Shown: piece by piece, positions 34,588 through 47,532 of the stretch
How the letters are laid out: each line of letters begins with the position of its first letter
Position numbering within the stretch: position 1 is the stretch's first letter
DNA from: Octopus vulgaris
Taxonomy: Eukaryota
Length of the DNA: 64,000 bases
Direction of reading: 5' to 3'
Assembly (NCBI GenBank): GCA_951406725.2
Contig: OX597823.1
Span: 5,332,001-5,396,000, forward strand
Program-made: the position numbers and the translations under genes
Notes under the pieces: generated by a model
The model's input: only the letters and a program-made list of their open reading frames with translations
Told to the model about the DNA's origin: nothing
Database searches by the model: none

Positions 34588-35101
34588 TTCATATACTCTC
34601 TACAATAATTAATACTCAAAGATTTTCTCAGACCATCTCTGGAAACAGCTGTAAGACCTTTTCTTGATAAATGTTATGAAATCTATTTACTGCCTTGTTT
34701 TTTTTTTTATCACATTTTGTCAATTTATATATATTTTTATTTTCAACAGATTCAAATAACAGGAATACTAAAATAGGAAGGGAAAAAGACTACCCAATTC
34801 CATTCCCTTTTCCTTTCCTATGAAATAATAGCCAGGGACATAAGTGGGACTGATCAACTTTCAAAAGACTACCAATCCTACTTTACGCTAGCTGATTATC
34901 TCTATCTGCCAAGCTACATTCTCTGCTAGCTTCATCATCTGCCATTGCAAGCTATATTGACATTTTATAGTCAGCACTTTGTTACAATACTTGCTTATTG
35001 ATGTACAAAAAGGTAGCCATATCTCTTATATGACTAAAGGGACTTTTCTCGTTGCCCTGGAAGCAATGTACAAAAAATAAATGAGCTGCTGTCATCCTCA
35101 G

Positions 35102-35157
<56 letters not shown>

Positions 35158-35930
35158 TTAGGGTGTTCAGCAAGTAATTGCATTTTATCAGAAAGGATAA
35201 AAACGAATGTAAACTACTTTTATCTGAATAATAGTTTTAATCAAGAATGTAATTACTGTCATTTTCAATGACTGCAGCCAAATGGGGAAGTAAGGTAACC
35301 ATTGTCTTTTTCATTTTCTGATGTGATGCAAAACCCATTTTTCATCACCAGAAAAAAACTGGTTAGAAGACTGCTGCAGATTGTGAAACATTGTGTTTGG
35401 TTCTCAAGTGTAAGCTCATGTGGGACCCACATTCCCTCTTTGCATATTTTCCCAATTTGCTTGAGATGTTCATGGATAGTTGAACATGACACATTAAATT
35501 TTAATGCAAAATCTCTGGTGCTTTGATGTAGATCTGATACAACAGTCTCATTCAAAAGGTTGTCATTCAGAGTGGGTTATCTTCCAGGGCAAGGCTTGTC
35601 AGATGTGTCACCATTGCCACCTTTAAACCTTTTAAACCCCAGCTAATGTGCACAAGCTTTCACTGCATCTGGATACACTTTAGAAATGTTTTCATAGCAG
35701 TACTTTTCTTTCAAAACTCCTACAGTAAGCAATGGCAAATATGTTGTTTCATAAAGTTCTTATTCTCCAAGAGGTTAATTACCAAAATAACTGAATTACA
35801 CGCTACCGGATAGAAGAGACGATATACTATTTCTAGACAGTTCCCATCCATTTGACCTTGGCTCTGATGTGATTGGTTGATTTATATTTTATAGAGGTGA
35901 AAAAACACAATTACTTTTTGAACACCTTAA
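35158..35930 (-). mobile_element. Internally deleted mariner with both TIRs
   Basis: TIRs TTAGGGTGTTCAGCAAGTAATTG and CAATTACTTTTTGAACACCTTAA; WVPHEL; close match to 7166-8046. Confidence 0.85.
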
Positions 35931-35949
35931 TCATCATATACATGCATAC

Positions 35950-36506
35950 ATGGTGGCTGCCCCCTCGTTATCGAGTATGGCCATTGCACGAAGCGTAATC
36001 AATGTTGTTATCCTGCAATGCCTGTGCAAGAAGTTTTTCTTTTAAAGTGAGGAAAGGCTGTGCACTGAGTCAATCCCACTCACTAAGCAACAGCAGTCAT
36101 AATCCGAAAAGAAGACCAAGTCAACATCATCGGTAACCACTGAGCCGCATGTTTTATGTCGGAGTTACCCCAGTTACCTGAGTTACCTTCTCCTAGAAGG
36201 ATGTCCTAACAAAGGCTAGGAGTCCTTCACTCCCAATGGTTTAACCGCGCAATTGGGTATTCAGTCCGATTATTTCTATGTCCCCGTGCATGATACATCC
36301 TTAAGACATTTATTGGATGGCCGTTCACTCTCAAGAGTTCCTCCGCCCTTTGACGGGTTTTGTTTTTCATCCAGCAGGGTGTCCAATAAACACCCTCCTC
36401 ACCAAGCAAGCTTGGTGGGGGTTGCCGGTTTAGTCGCCAACAACCCGACCATGCAACAGGTTGTACTGGGTTACATGTTACCAGTAGCACTCGAAAGTGA
36501 CCTGAC
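35950..36506 (-). mobile_element. Non-autonomous RTE-related short retroelement
   Basis: CpG-retaining insert between microsatellites. The reverse complement contains CTAGGAGAAGGTAACTC, similar to a motif of RTE 5' UTRs. No ORF recognised. Confidence 0.45.
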
Positions 36507-37481
36507 ATAACCATACATACATACATATATATATATGCACACACTCTCTGTCACACACATACACGCTCCATTTATATCCATTTATTTTTTAAGAAATAAC
36601 AATACTCTGCATATTTACAGAAAACACCAAGCGGTAGAGTACAGTGTATTGTAAACAAATGGAAAAAGAAAACTTTTAACGACCAACCAAAAAGTTGGAA
36701 CATGTAAAGGCCTTCTGGTAAGTTTTGGGATTGTTTTGTATTTCTTGTTGCTGTCATACATGTATAATGTGTGTATGTTATGTTAATGCTTGATTTTATT
36801 AGAAGATTGAAGTTTTTGTGGTGAAGATGGGGCTAGTAAGAAGAGAGCTTGGTGTTTGATGACATGAAGCATCTATTTAGCTAATGATGCAGTGTGATAT
36901 CTGTGATGTCATTTGTATATAAGGCTGTGTGTCTGTTTTGTGGTGAGGAGGTGAGGTCTTGAAGGTTAAATTGAAAAGAACAAACAAAAGGACGGTGCCT
37001 TTCCATACACATCATCATTGTCATCCTTATTGTTGCTTTAACATCTAGTTTTTCATGCTTGTATGGGTTTGATAGAATTCCTCAAGACAGATTTGATTTT
37101 TTTATGACTAGCTACCCTTCATCCTGTTGCCAATCCCCACTTGTTTCCAAGCAAGATAATATTTCCCTGTGATGGAATGTTGTCATTTGCAACTGTCACA
37201 TTATGTCAGAGGAGGCATAAATGCATGCATGCATACATACACAAGCAAAACAATGGGTAAACAATAACAGGTGTTAGGAATGTAGCTATGCGAAAAATTG
37301 TAGATTATTTGTGAAATGTTTCATGTGAATGCATTCTTTATACTTGTTATTCAGGCAACGTTGAATTGATGGAGGGAGTGAGCTAATGTACGGCACATTC
37401 ATTTGATCACTGTAAACAAATCATTTGTGAAGGTCATTCAGCAGAAGCTGAACACTTATACGTTGCCTTTGACAGGAGAGT

Positions 37482-37524
<43 letters not shown>

Positions 37525-40179
37525 CAACCCATGCTAGCATGGAAAACGGATGCTAAACGATGATGATGATGATATATATATATATATATATATATAATGG
37601 GTGAGAATATCCAAAAAAATTTTTAAGAAAACAGCATATAATAGATACAGACAATTAGTGCCCAGACCAGACCAGACCAGATACCTAAAACCCAATGACA
37701 GATGAAGGGAGATGGAATCCAGGCAAACAAGAGTTGGTGATAGGCAAATTACCAATTGAGTTAATGAAAATACAATAAAATAAGATATAAGATGGACAAG
37801 CAGTTGTCAAATGCATCAAAGCTGTTATAAAATACTTATACAAAAGTGAGTTTAAATTGTATGAACACTCACCCTATTTTCAGAAGATGAGATGAATATG
37901 AACTTGTTATTTCATGTATATTTGCTAATGCCAATCTACTTCATATATATGTTTTTACAAAGCACAATACTGCACTTACTGAGCACCAAACCACAGAAAC
38001 AGCTGTAAAGGTTTACTTGTATTCTCCACCCTCTTACTTGTGAGGTTCAAGTATGAACTCTCTTGATATTTACCTGCCTATTCATGAAGAACCACTACAA
38101 AGGACTACATGAATCATCCTCTCTTTTAGCTGTGTCATTAGATTATGAACTCTCCTGATGTATACTTATCTATAAAGAATTATTAGGAACTCTCACTTTC
38201 TTGATTTTCTTGTTTTTCTGCTTAAAGATATATTTATACTTCTATATAAGTATTTTATAAATGTTTTGTTGCCATTAACAGCCATGTGTCCATCTTTTAT
38301 TGTTTCATGTTACACACACATACCACCATCATTGTCATTTAACATCCATATTCCATCTGGTATGGGTTAGATGGTTTGACAGAAACTTACAGGTCCAAGG
38401 TCTGCTTCATGCTCCCTTTTCTACTTTGGTTTGGTTTCTATCCCTAACACCAAATACTCTCTCTCTCCCTCCCCACACACACATCTATATATGTATATAT
38501 ACACATGCACACCATTTTGGAAATTAGTAATTCTAGATGTATTGCTACTCTTTTCTACCCAGGATTGTTGAGCTAATTGATAGTAAGGACCATTTTGTGA
38601 TGATGTTTGTGTTTAATATTTTATTAACTTGAAGGTAGCTGGAAACGTCATCAATAGCTTTGCAGATGGTAGTTGAAATTATGCAAATTTTAAGGAATTC
38701 TTTGGTTACAGAAGATATCATATATATCCATTGCGTAAGTTTCTGTCCCCACCATAGTGCTGTTCACCTCACACCTTGAAAGTCCACACAGATACCCCAT
38801 CACCTCTTTTTATCTCTTCCTCACCCAATCCTGAACACTCCCTGCCTCCCATCTGAAATGTGAGTAGCTACGTGGCCCCCAACTCTATTGCAAAAAACCT
38901 GTTCTGCTCTCATACCTTAATGCCTCATCTCCAAGCAATAAAGCCACCTCTCCAGGGGTTTGTAATCTTGCAAGATGCACAGTAACCTCACTTGTGCTGG
39001 TGGCATGAAAAATACACCCAGTATACTCTGTATAGTGGTTGGTGTAAGGAAAAGCATTAAGTGTAGAAACCATGCCAAAGTAAGACATTGGAACATGATG
39101 CCGTCCTTGGACCAATCCAACGACCCATGCCAGCATGGAGGAAATGATGATGATAACGATGATGACTAGTGTATTTGTTTGAAGCTAGGTATGTTGTTTT
39201 TTTTTATGTAAATTTGGGGCCATGAAGCCTTACCTAAGGTGGGTGGGATGAGATATAAATGTAGGCTCATTGTGTACATTTTGTGAGGGATACAGTGATG
39301 TTGTTGAACCAATCCATGACAGCATGTAAAATGATGATGACGTATTGCAGTATCTACATTTGTATTTTCCTCATGTTGCCAAATGCATTCATCAGAACCT
39401 TCATAACCTCTGGTACAAAACAAAGGTGACTTAACACCTGTTTTCATTCAGTTTCCTGTTTATTTCTGTTACACTCATATCATGTGTGGCTAAACATAAC
39501 GATGGTTGCAATGGCTGTAGAGGTGATAATGGTGATGTCTGTTATTCAAGTCTTCAAATATTTATAGAAAACCTTGTTTAATACTTACTTCACTGCTACT
39601 TTGCTTAACTAATTCTTTATTGCTTTTATAAAAGCAAAGTTTGGATTTGTTGGTTCTTGCAGAAAAACTTCTAAATGGACTCCTTAGACACCTTCGCTCT
39701 ACTTTCTCAAACACTAAACTTTCTGAATATTCCTGCAAATAAATGTAAATCAGAAATGTAACATTACTACTTAGTGTTTGCCAGCATGAGATGCCTATAG
39801 CAGTAGTAAACTAAGGAAGATGAGCCAGTGAGAAAGCCTTTACATGACCCATAGACTTGCTAGAAAAAGCTGCTGAATCTCTCACAAAGTCCTACTGTTA
39901 AAATAACATGTTGGATTATGCAGTTTGGAATACACTCATCCTCATCATTTTATGTTCACTTATCCAGGCTTGCATAGGTCAGACAGTTTGTTGAGGCAGA
40001 TATTCTACATCCGAGTGTGCTTCCTGTTGCCAACCTTCACCTGTTTCCAAGCCAGCTAATATTTCCCCATAGCCAGACATGTGTTTCACATAAAACTGGT
40101 TGACAACCATCACACAATGTCAAGACATGACAGTGCACACGCATGCGCACACACACATGCACGCACACACACAACATAA

Positions 40180-40620
40180 TGCCACGGTCATTCGTCATTG
40201 CCTCCGTGAAGCCCAGCACTTAAAAGGAGCTTTTCATGTGCTACTGGCTTCAGCCACGTTGCCTCCGTAAAGCCCAATGCTCGAAAAGTGCTTTTTATGT
40301 GCCAGTTATGTGACACCAGCATCGGCCACAACTATGTTTTCCCTTGGCTTGATGGGTCTTCTCAAGCACAGCATACAGACAAAGGTCTCGGTCATTTGTC
40401 ATTGCCTCCCTGAGGCCCAAAATTTGAAGATCATGCTTCACCACATCATCCCATGTCTTCCTGGGTATACCTCTATCACAACTTCCCTCCACAGTTAGAG
40501 ATTGGCACTTCTTTACACAGCTGTCCTTTTCCATGCACATCACATGACCATACCAGTGCAGTCATCGCTCTTGCACACCACAGTCAATGCCTCTTATGCT
40601 CAACTTTTCTCTCAAGATGC
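40180..40620 (-). mobile_element. RTE LINE ORF C-terminus and start of 3' UTR
   Basis: VEGSCDRGIPRKTWDDVVKHDLQILGLREAMTNDRDLCLYAVLEKT. Confidence 0.85.
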
Positions 40621-40627
40621 TTAAATA

Positions 40628-40682
<55 letters not shown>

Positions 40683-42239
40683 GTGTGTATATATATATGT
40701 GTGTATGTGTGTGTGTGTGTATACATATCTACATCAGTTTCCATCTGCTAAATCCACTCACAAGTCTTTGGTTGGCTGGGGCTATAAGCTGAAGACACTT
40801 GCCCAAAGCACCGTGCAGTGAGACTGAACCCAAGACCATGTAGTTGAGAAATAAGCTACTTAATCTCACTGCTACGTTTGTGTACAGACTTAGAAAAGAA
40901 CTCCAAAAAGACTGGAAGTTTTGATTTTTTTATCTTTTCAATCAGGAGGGAAGGTAGTGCCCAGAACTTTTTACAAAGCCTTGGAAACTTTTAGGTGGGA
41001 GGGAAAGAAGACGGAAAGTCTCCTTGAACTGGAAGCCTGGCCTGAATGCTTGCAGTAGAGTGGATTCTATTAAAGGTAGCCAAGTGGTGGTGTTCAACTG
41101 GGTATTGGGTTAAGTCTGCCACCCAGATAGGCCATGATGGGACTTGAAATCAGACTACAAAGAACCAAAACAAATATTACAAGGCATCTAATCTAATGTT
41201 CTTACAATTCTACCAATTGATTGCCCTTGGTTTTTCTGGTTTTTTTTTATCAATCCTGACAGGATGAGACTCAAAGTACACCTTGGCTGAATTTGAACTT
41301 AGAGCACAAAGTTGAAATAAATACTGGCAGAACATTCTGTCTGACTCTGCCAGTTTACTGGTAATTGATAGATCTGCTCAGTCATGGCAGATTTAGGGAC
41401 TAAACAACTAACAAAGGCTTGGGTTACACAACTGAGATAGTTCAGAACTATGAATTCTGAAGAGCTATAAACCCATCCAACCCATGTTTATCATGACACC
41501 GAGGCCTATCTATTGGAACCTGGATATAACTGGTGAAATTTTGCAAGAATTATTGATCAGACAACTCTACTAATATGGAAATGTTATTATATTTCTGGAT
41601 GATAATGTTTAGAATTTGTGAAAGAGAGTGACATTGTTGTGTGAGTGAGAAGTTCACTTCCTAACCATATGGTTTCAGTTCCAATCCCACAGCATGATAC
41701 ATCAAGCAAGTGACTCTTACTATAACTCTGAACTGATCAAAGCCATAGAAAACAGGAACGGTTTAGTGTCAGGTCAGGTGCCCAGTTGTAAAAAAATGCT
41801 TCAGATAATAACATATTTGTCCAACCTATGCAAGCATCATCGTGGAAAAACAAACATAAAACAAAAGAATGAAAAAATTGAATGAACTGGATGGTATAAG
41901 ATGACAGGAGGTGACAATAGTAAAGAACAGCTAAGGAAGAGAGCGATAGCTTGAAGTAGCTTTCTGGCATGAAATACTTATAGTAATACATTGTTCTCTT
42001 AATATGTTCACATGCATGTAAATTTCAAATTAAGTTTACTACTACTACTACTACATCCTTTACACTACTAATGAATTGTTTTCATTCTATACCGCCTTGT
42101 ACTTCTTTCTCCTTCTGTAAAGTTAGTAATAATTAACTGTGATCTTTATTAGACCCTAACTACTTTGCACTGAAGATATCCAGTAAGATAAAAACAGTTG
42201 GTGGTGTTAGTAGTGTTAACCCCCATTCAAGTAGATCTC

Positions 42240-42745
42240 TTGCAAGTGACTAAGCCTCTTCGTCTTGGTAGTTGCAAAGGGTGCCAGTGGCTGTTCTGGC
42301 CAATGGCAGTATAAAAGAGCTAGGGACATTTACCACAGGGGAGAGTTGGTATGGGGGGGGCAAGGAAGTGCAAGTTACTCTTTGCGTCTTCAATGCCTGA
42401 TCACCGCCTCTTGATGTCTGTTATTTCCTATCAGGTCTGTCCCTTCTATGATGACATGCTGCCATTTTGGGCAGTCCTTGGTGATTGTCTCTGGTATTTT
42501 GGTCAGTGGAGCAGCAGAGTAGAGTGGCCTTGAGCTGATCTTGAAAACAAAATTTGGGGGCCCCACATGGTCTGCTGCCTGAGGCTAACTCTGCAAAGAG
42601 GAGTTGATGGAGCAGGTGTGTTTGAGGCATACATATATATCCTGCCCAGTGAAGGAAGTGTCATGTCACAGCAGCTTCAATGCTGGGCAGTTGAGCCAGG
42701 AGCAGAATCTCTTCATTGGTAGTATAGTCCTTCCATCAAATTTAG
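42240..42745 (-). mobile_element. RTE/BovB-type LINE C-terminal fragment
   Basis: WKDYTTNEEILL.AQLPSIEA...WAG...QLLFAELASGSRPCGAPKFCFQDQLK. Confidence 0.8.
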
Positions 42746-42766
42746 TGATACAATTTTCTTGTTTAA

Positions 42767-42985
42767 TCCTTTAGTGTTCAGATTATTCAATCAAACATAA
42801 TGTCTATTGATTCCCATTGATTTGAATTAATCATGCATTATCTCATATCTTCAAGATCTTGATGGTGTAATTACTTAATGTAGAATAACATTGTAGGGTA
42901 GGTGTGAGGGCCTGGATCTGGTCAGTTTGAACATAAAACAGATTAAATATTTTGGCCAGATATGGCCGGTTTAAATACTAAAGGG
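42767..42985. mobile_element. piggyBac-like MITE
   Basis: TTAA on both sides; ends TCCTTTAGTGTTCAGA and TTTAAATACTAAAGGG. Confidence 0.65.
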
Positions 42986-45078
42986 TTAAAAGTGATCTAA
43001 ATTAAAACTTTCCATCAAAATTTCATAGTGATTATGTTCCAAACATCAACTTAAAATGACAGTTATTTTATTATGAACTGAAACAAAGACGGTGTAGTTA
43101 AACAAAAATACAGTAGAAAAATGACTGAAGTCATTACGACAAGTCTTCTCAAATCCTATAGACTCACAGGGCTGGTTTCCTGGTTCCTGTGGTGCATATA
43201 TATTACCCTCTGGGTAGGATGCCAGCCTGTCACAGGAATTAGATACACCAATACAGTGTATCTAATGATCTGTATTAAAAACCTTCCTTCAAAATTTCTT
43301 GCTAATTCATGTTCCAAATAGCAGCTTAATAATGAGAAAGTTATTTTATTAAATCTTCATTATTTTCAAAAATGTATTGAAACAAATGCAGTGTATTTAG
43401 ACAGAAATATGGTAAGAAAAAAAAAATGTAACCTAAAATATTTTCATGTGTAGCAAGTGCTGTCTCTGATATATAAACACACACACACACACACACACAA
43501 ACATGTGTTTAATGTCCATCTTTGTTCTTTGAAGGTCTGTAACTCCTCAGTGTCCAAATATTTTCTGGCTCTAAAGAAGAAGTTTAACTTTTGTGATACA
43601 GTTAAAGCCATGATATTGATGCATGACAAATATAAAAGATTATGAGATTGTTGTACCGAGTATTTATAAGTTTTGTTAAGGCTTTTAGTTATGTGTTGTC
43701 CATGTTTTTGTTGTTTGGCCTCAGATCACCACTGATAAGTATAAATCAGTGATTCTCATGCTTTTGTAACTCAGTCTTTTACAAATACCCTTTTCCAAAC
43801 AATAAAAAATGAAAAAGGTGCTGCGTCTTATCTCTCATATTTTTTTGCACTATCCCATCTAGCATATATTTGGTTTTACTTCATATATTTATGTGGAGAA
43901 ATCCCATCTATGTTAAATTTTTATGGAAAATACTAAAGAAAAGGACTCTTATAAGGGAATTATATTGGATCTTGGTCGTATCATCAGTCATGTTTTTTGC
44001 TCAGATAACAATGTCAAACTTGTATTTAAATGTTAATAAAGGATTTTTTTGAAAATGTATTTAAAATATAATTACATTACCTGGGTTAAATATTTTATTT
44101 CTAAGGAAAACAAGTTCCTATCATTAAGCACTCAGAACCCTACCCCATAGCATAGTCTTGACATTTACCACCCTCTTCTGAGCCTATAATACCCCCAAGA
44201 AGGTACTTGACCAAGTTCAGAAATAGTAAAGTAGGCCTATGTTCAAAGTGTTCTAGCTGCAACCATCATATCTTATTTTTAGACAGTGTGTCCAGTACTA
44301 CATTCTCTAATATGTCCTTCCTTTTTTAAAGATGTTAAGGTGTGATCTGTCAAAGATTTAGCTGCTATTTCTAGTTGTTCAAGTAGCAACTCCTTCATTG
44401 CCTCAGTGGGGAAGATTTATTTGGGAGAAGTAGTTTAAGTGGTGCTTCTCAGAAAGAAGTAAATTGGGACTAATACAAATGATAGAAATTTTTTTTTAAT
44501 ATTTGGAAAAATAAATTTGCATTTTTCAGTAACAGATTATTTTCTCTGCTCTTTTCATTATTGAACATCTGTTGTAATGGATTAATATTTATGTAAATAT
44601 TCATTTGAAGCTCTTGTAACAATCTCTTTGTTGGTTCTGCAAGCACTGAATTGTGCAAAGAATTATATTTGTTCTTTTCATTTAAAAAGAAAAGAAAAAA
44701 AGGAAAATGGTTACTATGACATATGTGATTTATTAACCACCAAAACTATTGTTAGTTTTTTTAATTAGTTATTGTCCTCTGATTCCACCTATGTATTTTA
44801 GTCCTTTTTAGTAACTGACACTTTGCAGTGATCTTTATTCCTTCAGTTATCAAAAACATTGGCATTTTCCTTTGACACTAGACCATAAATTTATTATGGG
44901 GTATGAGGGCTAAGTAGTGATGTGTATAAATACAATGTTATGACCAGTTCAAATATGTGTGTGGCATGTTTGAACCCGTAAACAAGCCATTCCCTATGTT
45001 TTGTCAGGGAGAAAATTTCTCACTGTAGACAAATGGTGCAAGTACACCTAAATCAGCTCGCAGTGCCATCTACTCAGA

Positions 45079-45126
45079 CTGTGAGATGCAAGCATTTCAG
45101 AGTGGTTATCTCCCCTTCAGTCACAA
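45079..45126 (-). ncRNA. Type I hammerhead ribozyme motif (A9G, probably inactive)
   Basis: Reverse complement: UUGUGA-CUGAAGG-GGAG-AUAACCA-CUCU-GAA-AUGC-UU-GCAU-C-UCACAG. Confidence 0.8.
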
Positions 45127-45297
45127 AAACAGGACAGGGTGCGCTGTGAGCTGACCAGAGAGATAATCTTCCTTATTCCAGGCATCATATGATGAGTAGT
45201 AATGCTAATCGGTGGCTCACCACAAACAAATTATAGTGTTGGGGTGCTAAGCAGTGATGTGTATAAATATAAAATCACTGTGCACCCTGTCCTGTTT

Positions 45298-45345
45298 CTG
45301 TGACTGAAGAGGAGATAACCACTCCCAAATGCTTGCATCTCACAG
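45298..45345 (+). ncRNA. Type I hammerhead ribozyme motif (G12C, probably inactive)
   Basis: CUGUGA-CUGAAGA-GGAG-AUAACCA-CUCC-CAA-AUGC-UU-GCAU-C-UCACAG. All three stems pair perfectly; AUC cleavage triplet. Confidence 0.85.
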
Positions 45346-47500
45346 TCTGGGTAGGTGGCGCTGCAAGCTGATTTAGGTGTATTTACACCATTTGTCCTAC
45401 AGTGAGAAATTTTCTCTGTAACAGAACAGTGAATGGCTTTCTTAAGAGTTCGAACATGCCACAAACATATTTGAACTGGTCATAACGTTGCGCATACATT
45501 TATTGTTAAGAATTATAGCTAATAGAATCAACCACACTATATGCATGGCATTTATTTTGTTGACTTGCCTTCCCTACTTTCCCTCCAACATCAACTAGCC
45601 CTCAACTTGTTCTTCATTATATATGCCCCCACCTCTTTATTCTTCAACTCTAACTAACTCTCATTCTCCCCACAAACATTCACTCCCTGTTCTGTCTTAA
45701 CCCATATTCACATTCTTGTATCCTAAGGGGCCATCCTAACACTTCACCATCATCATCCGCTAAAATACTTGTTCCATGCAGGCATGGATCACACTGTTTG
45801 ATCGGATCCAACAGGACAAAGGACTATGTCATATTCCAGTGTCAGCTTTGGCATGGTTTCTATGAATGCTCTTTCTAATGTCAACAAGTTTACAGTGTGT
45901 ATTGTGTACCTTTTTCATACCCCGTACACTTGAGAGGCCACCAAGTAACTTGCAAGACAAGCTAACCCTCGACTAAGTGGGAGTGTATTTGAAAAAGTGG
46001 AAGGTGGTTCTATGCCAGGTGTTTAGAGGCTAAAGTATGATGGGGACGACCACGTGTGTCATGCTATAGTAGAGATATGTGGCTACAGTGCATTATATAA
46101 GGGTAGGTGTGAGTAGTTGGAAAGAATATAATGATTAATCATCACCATTTTATTTGTTTCTTGCTCTACCCTGGTTACTTCCACCCTCTTTTCATAATGA
46201 AAGTAGTCATGTTAGCTCCTCTACAGCAAGAAATCTGCTTTGTTTTGGCCCTTTGTTTCTTACTTTAACTCTCTCATCTTCTGTACTTTAACCCTCTTCA
46301 TTTAAAGGGGATCTTAGACTTGCAAGCTGCAGTAAGGCTTTTCTAGTGTTGGTGTCATTGTGTAAAGTGGTGTTAGGAAGGGGCATCCAGATGTAGAAAC
46401 CATGCCAAAGCAGGCATTAGAGCTCTGTCAAACCACCCAGCATGTACCAGTATGGGTTGGACATTTCAAAGATAATGATGACTTCAAGATGGTTCAAAAA
46501 GAAGTGTCATCTTCAGCAATATTTAAATTCCAAAAGCTGAGCTGGAAACAAAGACTATAGTTCAGTGCTGCTTTACTGTGTTCACCATTTCACAGTTGTA
46601 AGTTATTGAAATATTAGTTTACGGCCAACAGCTATCACCTCTCAACATCTGGTCAAGCATAAAACAGTTTTTATGGTCTTCTTCTAGAATTACTGTTTTG
46701 TAGCTTTGAAATTATCTTTATTTCTCTTGCCTGTTGTTTGTGGAGGTTATAAAAACCCCATCCGTTTCATATCTGAAACTGCTTTCCCATATGGAAATAC
46801 TATAAATTTAATTTTTTTTTAAATTGATAAATAAAACTAATTATCTTGGTGTAAGCAACTGAAAAAGCATTAAATTAAAATAGCCATTTATGTGTCATAC
46901 TTGATATCTGAGAGAAACAAATCTCTTCATAGACATGTTGTGTTAAAAAATTTCATTTACACTTGCAAAAAGTAGGTACACATTATTGACAACTCCCAAG
47001 AAAGCTGAAACATGTCTGATATTCTTGTGAGTCACTGTTAGGATAATATTAATCTCTTTGATATTTATTACATTTTTAATACATGTCTATGAAAACATTT
47101 TCTCTCATACAAAACCTCATCTATATGGCTTTCAATGGTTAAGTACAGTACACAGATGACCATTTTAAAAGAACCTATTTTTCCTAATGGTCCCTTATTT
47201 AATGTACCCTAAACTTGTCTGTTTGTCAGTATATATAATCATCATCATCGTTTAACGTCTGTTTTCCATGCTGGCATGGGTTGGACGGTTTGACTGAGGA
47301 CTGCACAAGGCTCCAATCTAATCTGGCAATGTTTCCACAGCTGGATGCCCTTCCTAATGCCAACCACTTCAAGAGTGTTATAGGTGCTTTTTATGTGCCA
47401 CCGTAATATTTTTAGATAATGAAATAAATGTTATGCTTTAAAATTATCTTACCGGCCTACTCTGTGCTGCATTTTCATAATGTTCTTTCTGATATTTCAG

Positions 47501-47532
47501 GTGATCTTGAAGAAGAAGAAGAAGAAGCATAG
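47501..47532 (+). CDS. Candidate short terminal coding exon (xDLEEEEEEA*)
   Basis: Acceptor TTCTTTCTGATATTTCAG|GT followed by an acidic tail and TAG. Could also be a chance (GAA)6 microsatellite. Confidence 0.25.

Larger units (their letters stand above)
44909..45490. mobile_element. Fold-back Penelope pseudo-LTR/retrozyme-like insertion
   Basis: ~215-bp inverted arms (44934-45149 and 45275-45490), a 24-bp direct repeat at 44909 and 45246, and a hammerhead motif in each arm. Confidence 0.8.
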
